Origin: Candidatus Latescibacterota bacterium
GTDB lineage: Bacteria > Latescibacterota > UBA2968 > GCA-2709665
Length of the DNA stretch: 64,000 nucleotides
Direction of reading: 5' to 3'
NCBI GenBank assembly: GCA_963662665.2
Contig: CAXXJS010000040.1
Coordinates: 64,001 to 128,000, forward strand
Part shown: piece after piece, positions 37,530 to 47,575 of the stretch
Layout: each line of letters begins with the position of its first letter
Numbering within the stretch: the first letter of the stretch is position 1
Program-made: the position numbers and the translations under genes
The notes under the pieces: model-generated
What the model saw: only the letters and a program-made list of their open reading frames with translations
Databases searched by the model: none
Told to the model about the DNA's origin: nothing

Positions 37530-38744
37530 TCAACCCGGAAACTCGCCGGCGTTTCGTTTCACCGAGGGTCTGAAATCCGGCACTTCCAGACAGGCGCTGC
37601 CCTGCTCCACGGACTGAACGGCCACAATGGCCGGCGCCGTGAGTTCGGCCGACCGGTATACGTTCAGCGGCGGGTCCGAATCGTCCTGGATGGCGTCCAG
37701 AAAGGACGAGAGGGCGAAATAGTCCATATTCCCGTGTCCGCTTCCCCGGGCTTCCTCGGGAAGGTCTTCCGGAGAATACTTCCACTCCATCGCCCGCATG
37801 GATTCCTCTCCGGAACTCTCCAGCCACATCTTCGGCGTATCCACGCCCCGAGATGCGCCGTAGATCTCCGCGGATCGGGCGGTCTCCACCTTCCCTGTGG
37901 TCCCCTCCAGGTGCCACCAGTGGTGATCGCGGGGCGTCGCGTACGTAAACCCGGCAGCCATCCGGACGATCGTATCGTTTTCCGTGTGCATCATCGCCAC
38001 CTCGATATCCGATGCGGGGATCCCTTCGTAATAGTAGCTCTTGGGACGTGTGGCCATGCACGTCACCCGCGTCACCCGGTCCTGCAGAACCGACAGGATG
38101 GGACCAAGATCTGTGGCCATGTAAAGGATCGGGTGAGGAAACCAGTTCCACATTCTGCTCTTCGCGGCCCCTGGATGAGTGGGGGCTTCGTCCAGATGGA
38201 CACGCTCGCCCGTCTTGGAATCGACCCAGAACCGGTCCGGCGTCATCCCGTGAAGATACTGCCCTTCGGCGAAGATCACGTGGCCGAGTTGGCCATGTCG
38301 GACCAGTTTTCGCCATGCCTTCACAAACGGGTGGTACATCACCTGCTCGGCCATCTGGAACTTCAGCCCGCTCCGCTCCACCGCCACCACCACCCGCCAC
38401 AGATCGTCCATATCGTACGTCAGCGACACCTCGCAGCACGCGTGTTTTCCTGCCTCGATGGCCCGGCAGATCAGGTCCGGCTGATCGTGAGGCGCCGTGA
38501 CGATCGCCACCGCGTCGATATCCGCCTTCGCCAGCATCTCTCCGTAGTCTGTAAAGCACGCGATATCCGGATCGCCGGCCTCCCGGTACGCCTGCCCAAC
38601 CAGGGCGTCGATTTTGTCGCAAAGCGCCGTCACGCGGCACGTCTTGATTCGCAGCAGGTTCTTCATCCATGACAGCCTGCCGCGGGGTCCCAGCCCTGCG
38701 ATTCCGATCCGAACCGGTTTCTGTTTGGGCATCAGAGGCCTCAT
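37530..38744 (-). CDS. Gfo/Idh/MocA family oxidoreductase
   Basis: RIGIAGLGPRG, AGKHACCEV, FAEGQYLH, GHGNMDY. Confidence 0.9.
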   Translation of the reverse strand: MRPLMPKQKPVRIGIAGLGPRGRLSWMKNLLRIKTCRVTALCDKIDALVGQAYREAGDPDIACFTDYGEMLAKADIDAVAIVTAPHDQPDLICRAIEAGKHACCEVSLTYDMDDLWRVVVAVERSGLKFQMAEQVMYHPFVKAWRKLVRHGQLGHVIFAEGQYLHGMTPDRFWVDSKTGERVHLDEAPTHPGAAKSRMWNWFPHPILYMATDLGPILSVLQDRVTRVTCMATRPKSYYYEGIPASDIEVAMMHTENDTIVRMAAGFTYATPRDHHWWHLEGTTGKVETARSAEIYGASRGVDTPKMWLESSGEESMRAMEWKYSPEDLPEEARGSGHGNMDYFALSSFLDAIQDDSDPPLNVYRSAELTAPAIVAVQSVEQGSACLEVPDFRPSVKRNAGEFPG

Positions 38745-39123
38745 TCCCGTTACGTTGAGCTTTTTGCTTACCGCTCCCGTACAGCCTTTATCGGCGCTTT
38801 GGAGCTGCGTTCAATGTAGAAACAGGTGTCCGCTTTCCCGTTACCTTTCTTTTCCCTTTTAGATTCTCCCCCAACCACTTAACGTCCCCAATTTCCCTGC
38901 CCTTTTTCTTTCTCGCCAAAGAAAAAGGGCCAAAAAGAACGGCGCCGCTCAGACGCCGCGGGGCTGTTTTTCCGTGAACCAACTCAGTGGCACAGACGAG
39001 CGACCGCGGCCTGAGTACCCAATTGGACTCACGCTGCTTCTGAGCTGTACGGATTAACACGGAAAAACCCCCATCTCCGCCACCGGGCGGGTGATGGGAA
39101 AAACCGTGCGATCGGGCGCGACC

Positions 39124-39225
39124 TACCCCCTGACCCCCTTCCCAAGGGAAGGGGGGAACTGTCATCAACTGAAGACATCTCGCTTTGCTCCCCCTCTCCC
39201 TTGGGAGAGGGGGTTGGGGGGAGAG
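39124..39225. repeat. REP-like palindromes
   Basis: CCCCCTTCCCAAGGGAAGGGGG and CCCCTCTCCCTTGGGAGAGGGG hairpins in a non-coding region. Confidence 0.6.
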
Positions 39226-39468
39226 GTCCAGCTTTTTGCCGACGACTGATCGCTCTGTTTGAGGGGGCCGGGGGAGAGGTCCCGGGATCGAGGGCATCCT
39301 GCCCTCGACGCGCCCCGTCCGGTCCTTCCGTTTCACGGCGTTGATGTCGATGGGTTCGGTCTTGATTCAAGCTGATGGCTGAAAGCTGATAGCTGTTCTT
39401 TGCTGCTCTTCAAAGAGAAACGGCAGCCGGAAATCAGGCTGCCAGGTCTGTGTGTTACGTTCCAAGGA

Positions 39469-40044
39469 TCAATGGTGATCGTGCCTGGAGGAGACATTGG
39501 GATCGGGATCTTTACTTGCTCCGACGAACCGCATCAGTTCGCGTCTCTCTCTGACTTTTCGGGGATTTATACTAATGGATACGAGGCGCCTGCGCCTGTC
39601 GAGGTCGAGATACACGCCCCGGGTTGCCGAAACTCGTTCGTGGACGTCGCCGTTTCCCTCACCGATCTTTACGGTCGCCTTCGATTTGAACGATCCAGGT
39701 GACTTGCCGATGCCTGTTCTGATGAGACCCTTCAGTTTTTCGTAATTTACCTCTTCAGGCAGATTATCGTCCATGATCAGCGCGGCGCAATGTTGAAGTG
39801 CTTTGATTGCTTCCCGTGCCGTGACCGAACCGGTTTCCATCTTCTTCAGTATTTCGGCTAATCCGGCGCGATGTAAGGCAATCTCCTTTTCGGATAGACC
39901 GAGCTGTAACTCCTTTCTGCCTCGTCGAGGAGAAGGATCGGGCAGAAGCTCCGCTACACCAGGCAGATATTCGCGGAAGCCTTTCGGGTCCTCACGGTAC
40001 CTGGCGTGAAGCAGTTCGATGAGTTTTCTTTCGTGGATGCTCAT
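39469..40044 (-). CDS. Hypothetical protein, possibly antitoxin-related
   Basis: 191-aa ORF; GVYLDLD...LVSISI resembles DUF2283 and the tail FVGASKD.DPNVSSRHDH resembles antitoxin C-termini (by eye). Confidence 0.45.
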   Translation of the reverse strand: MSIHERKLIELLHARYREDPKGFREYLPGVAELLPDPSPRRGRKELQLGLSEKEIALHRAGLAEILKKMETGSVTAREAIKALQHCAALIMDDNLPEEVNYEKLKGLIRTGIGKSPGSFKSKATVKIGEGNGDVHERVSATRGVYLDLDRRRRLVSISINPRKVRERRELMRFVGASKDPDPNVSSRHDHH

Positions 40045-40601
40045 CTGATCCGCGCGTTTCTCAACGTGATCGTCGTACCGGTGGTGAAGACCGTCAATTC
40101 TCGTGTAAGTTGCGGGTCAGCGATTTACGGGCAAATTTAAGGATGTCACCGGCATATCGCAGGCCCTGCTCGCTCTGCCTGGGCGAACCAGTCCCTCCAT
40201 CGCTGCGCCATCCTGCTTACTCCAACCCTGTTTAATTCTAAACGCGCATACCACTAAATCCGGCGGTCATTTCGCCCCGAATTCCGTTACTTTGGATGAC
40301 CATGTTGCGGAAAAACTAAAATATCCCTAATTCCAAACTTAAGCAAGGGGAAATGACCATCCATAGCCGTAAGCAGAGGCATGAATGCGCATCGACCCAA
40401 CTGGCTATCGTGACCTGCCTGGCGCTCATCGACACATAAAGCATTGACGGCGGTTAGACAGATATTTAACTTTAACCTCGATTCCACGTTTTTCCGGTGT
40501 GTTCCCTCGGATATGATCAGGAAGGATAAAGGAAGAAGGAAAAACGAAGAAGGAAGAAGGAAAAATCGTGTAATTGATGGGCTGAATGAGGTGTTTGCGG
40601 A

Positions 40602-40982
40602 ATGAAGGAAAAAGGTAGAAGCAAGAAGGAAGAAGTGGCTGATCTTCGGACTCGGACGAAGGAGTTTGCACTGGGGATTATTCGCCTGTATTCAGGTCTT
40701 CCCAGGCGGACGGAGGCTCAAGTAATTGGTAGGCAGATGATTCGCTCCGGAACGTCGGTGGGGGCAAATTACCGTGAGGCATATCGCGCGCGGAGTAAAG
40801 CGGAGTTCATCGCAAAGGCTGGCGAATGTTTAAAGGAGATTGAAGAAACCGGCTATTGGCTCGAGCTGCTCGTCGACTCAGGAATCGTCTCCGAGGAGCG
40901 ACTTGCAAGCCTGACAAATGAATGCAGTGAATTGACCGCGATTTTCGTCGCTTCAATTCGGACGGCAAAAAGCAACCAATAG
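40602..40982 (+). CDS. Four helix bundle protein (23S rRNA IVS protein / TIGR02436 family)
   Basis: DLRTRTKEFAL.IIRLY..LP, IGRQMIRSGTSVGANYREA.RARSKAEFIAK, E.EETGYWLELL. Confidence 0.9.
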   Translation: MKEKGRSKKEEVADLRTRTKEFALGIIRLYSGLPRRTEAQVIGRQMIRSGTSVGANYREAYRARSKAEFIAKAGECLKEIEETGYWLELLVDSGIVSEERLASLTNECSELTAIFVASIRTAKSNQ

Positions 40983-41201
40983 AGAAGGAAGAACGAACAA
41001 GGAAGAAGGAGGAACGAGAAAGGAGGAAGGAAAACGAGAAAAGAAAAAGCAGAAGGAGGAACGAGGAAGGAAAAAGGGAAAACCGCGTGATGTAGTATAG
41101 ATGATATGGGCGTTTTTCCTGCTTTTATTTCTTCCTTCTGCATTCTTACTTCTTCATTTTGTCTTCTTCCTTCTGCATTCTTCCTTCTTCCTTCATGTTC
41201 C

Positions 41202-41463
41202 AGTAATCGGCAGGCAGATGATTCGTTCCGGAACGTCGGTGGGGGCAAATTACCGTGAGGCATATCGCGCGCGGAGTAAAGCGGAGTTCATCGCAAAGGC
41301 TGGCGAATGTTTGAAGGAGATTGAAGAAACCGGTTATTGGCTCGAGCTGCTCGTCGACTCAGGAATCGTCTCCGAGGAGCGACTTGCAAGCCTGACAATT
41401 GAATGCAGTGAATTGACCGCGATTTTCGTCGCTTCAATTCGGACGGCGAAGAGCAACCAATAG
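41202..41463 (+). pseudogene. 5'-truncated second copy of the four helix bundle gene
   Basis: Near-identical to 40721..40982 (offset 481 bp) but lacks the first ~40 codons; preceded by a pyrimidine-rich tract. Confidence 0.8.
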
Positions 41464-41874
41464 AGAAGGAAGAAGGAAAAACGAAGAAGGAAAAAGGGAA
41501 AACCGCGTGATGTAGTATAGATGATATGGGCGTTTTTCCTGCTTTTATTTCTTCCTTCTGCATTCTTCCTTCTTCGTTCAGATTGAATACGGGCGACAGG
41601 CTACGCGCTTGTCCTGCTCTTATTTCTGCCTTCTTCCTTTTTCCTTTTTCCTTCAAATCACGGCTGAAGGTTGCTCTTGCTGCCATACGCATAACCCCGA
41701 TGGACGATCTCATCGGGGTTTTTCTGTGTCGCACAACGCGACGGATTCGTCGCGAAATGCGTCACTTTGCGATCCGGGCTGAATTGACCAACAACGTCGA
41801 TTTTCATATATTGGTTTTCCGGCTAATTGACTCCGTTCAAGGAAGTTTGCTTGAAGTCTTCTCTAAATGGCGCT

Positions 41875-44800
41875 ATGAGGATTATATCCAACATAGGTAC
41901 GGACCGAGTCGTTGATCTCATTCAACCACTCCTGCGGCCCGGAAATCACATTGACGTCGCTTCCGAAGCGTTGTCCCTCCACGCGTTCGGCGAACTCGCG
42001 AAAAACCTTTCACGACTGGCGAAGACGCGCCTTGTCCTCCCGCCTGCCGACGCGGATCTTTCCCTCTTTGGCGCAGAAGCGGACAGAGCCGCCCGCAACA
42101 GGTTACAGGGCCGCTGGCTGGCAGAAGGTTGCGCGGAGTGGATCAAAAACGCCGTCGAAGTACGACGCGCCAACCGCGCCGTCCCGCAGGGCGCGATCGT
42201 TCTGCGCAACGGCGACGGGATTCCACAACAGGCCCTGATCGGCTCGTTTTCGTTTTCCACGGACGGACTTGGCCTGGCTCCCGGGAATCCCCTCAACCTG
42301 ATTCAGGCATCCGAGACACCCGAAGAAAGCGAGCTTCTTTGCGAATGGTTCGATAGACAATGGTCTTCGATGGACGCGGACGAAGTCGCTAAGACCGGTG
42401 TGGTGGACCTGCTGCGTACTCTTTCGTCAGAACGCGACCCACACAGCATCTACGCGCTAATGCTGTATCACCTCTTCCGGAATAAGGGTGAGGAACTGGA
42501 CGAAGAGCAGGTTGTCAATGCGGCCACGGGTATCCGTAATACCGCAGTGTGGAAGAAGCTCTTCAAATTCCAACGCGACGGCGTTGTCGGCGCCATCGAA
42601 AAACTCGATCGCTTTGGCGGTTGTATCATTGCTGACAGTGTCGGACTTGGAAAAACGTTCGAGGCGCTGGCAATCATCAAGTATCATGAGTTGCGCAATG
42701 ACAGAGCTCTGGTTCTCTGCCCCAAACGACTTCGCGATAACTGGAGCCTTTATCGGGCGAATGACCGCCGCAACTTCCTGGCCGACGACCGTTTCAACTA
42801 CGATATCCTCAACCATACGGACCTGTCGCGCGAAGTCGGCTTATCGGGCGATATCGACCTCGCGCACGTGAACTGGGGCAATTACGACCTCGTCGTCATT
42901 GACGAGTCCCACAATTTCAGGAACAAGCGCACGCCGCGGCAGGGTGGTGAGACGCGTTATGATCGTCTGATGCGGCGAGTCATTCGCGAAGGTGTGAAAA
43001 CACGTGTGCTCATGCTTACCGCAACGCCGGTCAACAACCGAATGGCGGATTTGCGCAATCAGATCGCCTTTGCAACCGAGGGCAACGACACCGCCCTGGC
43101 CGATGAGGGCATCGAGAGCATCGACGCAACCACCCGACTGGCGCAGAGGCAGTTTAATCGTTGGCTTGACCTCGACGAATGTGAGCGCACGCCGATGCAG
43201 CTCGTGGAGATGCTGGGGTTCGACTATTTCACGTTGCTGGACCGGCTCACCATCGCCCGATCCCGCCGCCACATCGAAAAGTACTACGGAACACTGGAGA
43301 CAGGGCGTTTTCCGGAGCGTCTGAAGCCGATAAACGTCAAGCCGGACGTGGACCTGGCCGGCGTATTCCCCTCCATCCGGGAAATCAACCTTGAAATCCG
43401 CCGGCTGAACCTTGCGGCCTATGCACCCCTACGCTACGTATTACCTCACAAACGGCCGGCGTACGACGAAAAGTACAGCACTAGACTCCAAAGCGGCGAC
43501 GGCTTTTTCCATCAGGTGGACCGCGAAGAAAGCCTGGTCCAACTCTTGCGGGTCAACGCATTGAAACGCATGGAGAGTTCCGTAGCCTCCTTTACACTTA
43601 CCGTCCAACGCCAACTGGCAGACGTGGAAGCGATTCTTGAGCGGATTGAGAAGAAGGATGACGAACTGGAAGAACGCGAAATTGCCGATATCGACATCGA
43701 AGATCCTGCATTCGAGAGTCTGCTGGTGGGGCGTAAGGTCAAGGTGCTGCTCAACGACGTTGACCGAATTCGCTGGCGGCAGGACCTCATCGAAGATCGG
43801 AATCGGCTCGCTACGCTCCACGCAGCGGCACGACAGGTTACGGCGTCACGCGACGCCAAACTCGCCGAACTGAGGGCGATAATCGAATCCAAGTGCCGCG
43901 ATCCCATCAACCCAGACAACAGGAAAACAATCGTCTTCACAGCCTTCGCAGATACGGCAAGATACCTTTACAGGGAACTCGCGACCTGGGCTCGGGATAC
44001 GCTTGGCGTGGACTCCGCACTCGTTACCGGAACGGGAGGAAACCAGACGACGCTGCCACTTCGAAAGGACTTGGCCACTATCCTGACCGCTTTTGCACCT
44101 CGGACCAAGGAGCGTCCCGACGATCTCGCGGACGAAGGCGATCTCGATTTGCTAATCGCGACGGATTGCATTTCCGAAGGCCAGAACCTCCAGGATTGCG
44201 ACTGGCTCATCAACTATGACATCCACTGGAATCCGGTACGCATTATCCAGCGCTTCGGGCGAATCGACCGGATCGGATCGCCAAACGATCGCATTCAACT
44301 GGTTAATTTCTGGCCGAACATGGAGCTCGAGGAGTACCTCCGACTCGAGCAGCGGGTAAGCGGGCGTATGGTTTTGCTCGACATTTCCGCAACAGGCGAA
44401 GAGAATCTAATAGAGCAACAGTCCGGTGATCAGATGAACGACCTGGAATACCGGCGCAGGCAACTCCTCAAACTGCAGGACGCCGTCATCGACCTGGAAG
44501 ACTTGTCATCCGGCGTTTCTATTGCCGACCTTACCCTGACAGACTTCAGAATCGACCTGGCCGACTACCTTCGGGACGCTAAGGAAGACCTTGAGATGAT
44601 GCCACCTGGCGTTCATGCAGTTACAACCACCACCGACACTGACATACCTCCAGGCATCATCTTTTGCCTGCGAGCTGAGGACGCCGCCGCAACACGACCG
44701 CTCGAATCGGGCTATCCGCTTGCGCCCCATTATTTGGTCCACGTCAGTGATGACGGCACTGAACTCATGCCCTTCACGCAGGCGAAACAGATCCTCGACC

Positions 44801-45066
44801 GGCTGAAGCGAGTTTGTATGGGTCGCGACCTGCCGGATCTGGACGCGTGTGCACGTTTTCGCACGGCAACGCGAGCCAACGAAGACATGCGCGAGCCGCA
44901 ACGGCTTCTGGCTGCAGCTATTGGTTCGATCGTTGGGAAGAGCGAAGAACGCGCGGTCGCCAGCTTGTTCTCCCCCGGCGGAACCCAGGGTACGGTTAGT
45001 GAATTCGCGGGGATCAACGACTTCGAGGTCGTCGCCTTTCTCGTGATTCTGGATGGAGAGGATTGA
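41875..45066 (+). CDS. SNF2-family helicase associated with type III R-M loci
   Basis: IIADSVGLGKT (Walker A), VIDESHNFRN (DExH), LTATP, TDCISEGQNLQ, QRFGRIDRIG; start MRIISN at 41875. Confidence 0.9.
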   Translation: MRIISNIGTDRVVDLIQPLLRPGNHIDVASEALSLHAFGELAKNLSRLAKTRLVLPPADADLSLFGAEADRAARNRLQGRWLAEGCAEWIKNAVEVRRANRAVPQGAIVLRNGDGIPQQALIGSFSFSTDGLGLAPGNPLNLIQASETPEESELLCEWFDRQWSSMDADEVAKTGVVDLLRTLSSERDPHSIYALMLYHLFRNKGEELDEEQVVNAATGIRNTAVWKKLFKFQRDGVVGAIEKLDRFGGCIIADSVGLGKTFEALAIIKYHELRNDRALVLCPKRLRDNWSLYRANDRRNFLADDRFNYDILNHTDLSREVGLSGDIDLAHVNWGNYDLVVIDESHNFRNKRTPRQGGETRYDRLMRRVIREGVKTRVLMLTATPVNNRMADLRNQIAFATEGNDTALADEGIESIDATTRLAQRQFNRWLDLDECERTPMQLVEMLGFDYFTLLDRLTIARSRRHIEKYYGTLETGRFPERLKPINVKPDVDLAGVFPSIREINLEIRRLNLAAYAPLRYVLPHKRPAYDEKYSTRLQSGDGFFHQVDREESLVQLLRVNALKRMESSVASFTLTVQRQLADVEAILERIEKKDDELEEREIADIDIEDPAFESLLVGRKVKVLLNDVDRIRWRQDLIEDRNRLATLHAAARQVTASRDAKLAELRAIIESKCRDPINPDNRKTIVFTAFADTARYLYRELATWARDTLGVDSALVTGTGGNQTTLPLRKDLATILTAFAPRTKERPDDLADEGDLDLLIATDCISEGQNLQDCDWLINYDIHWNPVRIIQRFGRIDRIGSPNDRIQLVNFWPNMELEEYLRLEQRVSGRMVLLDISATGEENLIEQQSGDQMNDLEYRRRQLLKLQDAVIDLEDLSSGVSIADLTLTDFRIDLADYLRDAKEDLEMMPPGVHAVTTTTDTDIPPGIIFCLRAEDAAATRPLESGYPLAPHYLVHVSDDGTELMPFTQAKQILDRLKRVCMGRDLPDLDACARFRTATRANEDMREPQRLLAAAIGSIVGKSEERAVASLFSPGGTQGTVSEFAGINDFEVVAFLVILDGED

Positions 45067-45824
45067 TGGCGACCTTCGATACCCTGGCGGCGCTGGCTCT
45101 GCCGGAAGGGGCGCTTGTAAATAAGCGAGTACCAAAGTCGCTTTTGATCGACAACGGCGCGCCCACCGCCGCCGACCGGCGACGCATCCGTGAAGGAATC
45201 GAGGAACTCCGATGGGTAGCGGCACTAAAACCAACGACCATCGGCGTGGCCGAATTCCGCGACGGCACCCGCGAATATCTCGAGATCGCCGTTCTGAATC
45301 TTATCCTTCGGCCCGGGGCGGATGCCGCCAGACTTGCCGAACTGGTCCATCGGGCCGTACCTTATCCGATACTTCTGGTTGTTACAAATGGCGACACTCC
45401 TGATATCTCACTGGTACACAAGCGATGGTCACAAGCCGAAGCCGGCAAAACGGTGATCGACGGAGACATAATAACCTCAGGCGATCTGGATGGCGGCTCG
45501 GATGAATCGACGACCGCGTTTCGCGGTTCGCTCGCGCTCGACCGCCAACGCCGCACCACACTCCACGACCTTTATCAGGGTTGGATCGATACAGTGGAGG
45601 CCCTGAACGCTGCGCGGGTCACCGGCGAATTTACGATGCCCACCTCCTCTACCGCCGCCGCGGAGCGCTCAGCGGCGGTGCGAGACTATTGGCAACTCGA
45701 AACCAGAATCGCCGAACTGCACGGTGAGGCCAAAAAGGAAAGGCAAATCGCCAAGAAAGTCGAGATTAACCTGGAACTGGCACGTCTACGGGAAAAACGC
45801 AGCGCCGTACGTGCAAGGTTGTAG
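45066..45824 (+). CDS. DUF4391 domain-containing protein
   Basis: LP....VNKRVPK, EIAVL, VHRAVPYP, C-terminal AKKERQIAKKVEINLEL; TGATG coupling to the helicase; usual position upstream of mod. Confidence 0.8.
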   Translation: MATFDTLAALALPEGALVNKRVPKSLLIDNGAPTAADRRRIREGIEELRWVAALKPTTIGVAEFRDGTREYLEIAVLNLILRPGADAARLAELVHRAVPYPILLVVTNGDTPDISLVHKRWSQAEAGKTVIDGDIITSGDLDGGSDESTTAFRGSLALDRQRRTTLHDLYQGWIDTVEALNAARVTGEFTMPTSSTAAAERSAAVRDYWQLETRIAELHGEAKKERQIAKKVEINLELARLREKRSAVRARL

Positions 45825-45960
45825 AACGGCCCCACCTGACCTGCCAAGAGAAGCGGCGAATTCAGGATCTCGGGTGACGTGCGTCATTGAGAACTCAAAT
45901 TGCTTCTTTCGCTTTATGTACCACATTCGCAATTGGACCAGACGCAGTACAGGACACTTC

Positions 45961-47475
45961 ATGGCTAATCCCAAACACGTCGAATGGCTGCGCGAAGATG
46001 TTGAGGAATGGAATGAACGACGTAAACAAAGTGACTTTGACCCGGATTTGGAAGGCGCCAATATTCCCGAAGAGTTTGGAAAAGGCGGCAGGGTCGAAAA
46101 TCCAGGGGCTGTAATCCGGCAGAAGCTTTTGGGAAAAAGCGACGATCGTGTCAATCTCTCCAGTATTGATCTAAGCGGCGCCAATCTTCGTAATGCCATT
46201 CTTACGGACGTCAACCTTTCAGGCGCGAATCTTCGATGCTCAGATCTTAAGGGATGCGAGCTTAACGGTGCCATCCTCAATAACGCGGACCTTGATTTCG
46301 CAGACGTCCGCGGCACGGAATTCGGGTTTTGTGCGCAGCTACGAGGAGCCAAAATTTCCGGTGGACAACTGCATTCCGTGGAATTCGAAGACACGTCAAT
46401 GTGTGGGACCGACTTTAGTCAAGCTGACCTAACTGATGCGATACTCGCCAACCGCAATTTCGCCGGCGCGGAGTTCAGGTACGCAAAACTCGAGGGAGCG
46501 AATCTATTCTGTACACAACCGTGGAAGGCTGCCATCTTTTCTGCAGGAAGCAATTACGCAGAACCACGCCTCGTCAATGAGACCGGTAAGATTGTGGACA
46601 GCGTCCAGAGCTTTATTGAAGAATGCGCGGCAATAAGGAGCGAATTCTCGGATCGAGTCTTGTACTTTCGTGGCGAACCTGAAGTATTCCCGGATCTACG
46701 CCCCTCCATTGTGCGAATGGAAAAAGGGAAGTATTCACATCTACAATCTGAAGCCAAGATGATAGTCGACCTAATGACGCGACGGCCTGACGAATTCGAC
46801 CAATTCAATTCGGCACTCTCGCACTGGGTTCTCGCTAGACATCATGGACTTCCCACACGCCTGCTCGACGTAACTCGGAATCCACTAGTCGCATTGTTTC
46901 ACGCGTGTAGCCGAAAATCTGAAGAATCTGCCGAGAAATCAGGACGGATGCATGTCTTCGGGGTGCCCGAAGACCTGATAAAACCGTTCAATAGCGACAC
47001 GATAAGTGTAATTGCGAATTTTGCTAAACTCGCGTGCATCGAACAAAAGCAACTGCTTGGCAAGAAAAAGGAAGATTCGCCGGATGATGTCGATCCTGGT
47101 GGTCCGGAGTGGGCGGGGTCTTATTCTAACGCGCTAATGCGCCTTTATCATTTAATTCGTCAAGAGAAACCTCACTTTCAGGAAAGAATCGACCCACGAG
47201 ATTTCTTTCGGGTATTCGTGGTTGAACCCCAGCAATCATTTGAGAGAATCCGGGCCCAATCCGGTGCGTTTCTTATTTCCGCGTTTCATGAGTCGTTCGA
47301 GCCGAAGAAGATTATAGAATGCAACGACGGAACTCCAATTTACGATTACTGTGTACTCGAGGTGCCTCAGGATTGCAAACGACGAATAATAGAGGATCTT
47401 AGCCTTTTGAACATTACACCCGAGGCATTGTATCCTGGCCTGGACGAAACAGCACGTGCAGTCGCACAGCGATAA
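45961..47475 (+). CDS. Pentapeptide-repeat + FRG domain fusion protein
   Basis: MANPKH..WL..WN..R, A(N/D)L pentapeptide repeats, then LYFRGE, ARHHGLPTRLLDVTRNPLVALFHA, RIRAQSGAF, LYPGLD. Confidence 0.88.
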   Translation: MANPKHVEWLREDVEEWNERRKQSDFDPDLEGANIPEEFGKGGRVENPGAVIRQKLLGKSDDRVNLSSIDLSGANLRNAILTDVNLSGANLRCSDLKGCELNGAILNNADLDFADVRGTEFGFCAQLRGAKISGGQLHSVEFEDTSMCGTDFSQADLTDAILANRNFAGAEFRYAKLEGANLFCTQPWKAAIFSAGSNYAEPRLVNETGKIVDSVQSFIEECAAIRSEFSDRVLYFRGEPEVFPDLRPSIVRMEKGKYSHLQSEAKMIVDLMTRRPDEFDQFNSALSHWVLARHHGLPTRLLDVTRNPLVALFHACSRKSEESAEKSGRMHVFGVPEDLIKPFNSDTISVIANFAKLACIEQKQLLGKKKEDSPDDVDPGGPEWAGSYSNALMRLYHLIRQEKPHFQERIDPRDFFRVFVVEPQQSFERIRAQSGAFLISAFHESFEPKKIIECNDGTPIYDYCVLEVPQDCKRRIIEDLSLLNITPEALYPGLDETARAVAQR

Positions 47476-47575
47476 GCTCAGGAATAACCCGCGGCAGGGA
47501 AGGAACGATTGTTTTCCAAAAGCGCATTGCTGAAGCGCGCTACCTTAGAAATCGTCTATTGAAGAGGAAAAATGC

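Noticed and set aside
672-38672. Long antisense ORFs (e.g. 672..2018, 6619..8181, 13021..14619, 16064..17506, 36822..38672 on +; 25248..26405 on -)
   Set aside because: Shadow frames opposite well-supported genes in GC-rich DNA; no recognisable motifs.
38788-39370. ORFs 38788..39336 and 39029..39370
   Set aside because: They translate REP-like palindromes (PLPRERG, PPFPWEGG) and low-complexity DNA; likely non-coding.
40287-40487. Small AT-rich ORF
   Set aside because: 66 aa, no motif or clear RBS; cannot be supported.
40602-40982. 23S rRNA intervening sequence
   Set aside because: No rRNA sequence flanks the gene.
40602-41463. Diversity-generating retroelement (Avd-like gene plus repeat pair)
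   Set aside because: No reverse transcriptase; the repeat is a duplication of the gene itself, and the differences are not confined to adenines.
41827-45066. DISARM or BREX system
   Set aside because: No drmA/drmB (DUF1998), pglZ or brxC; the helicase-DUF4391-mod-res order fits a type III R-M locus.
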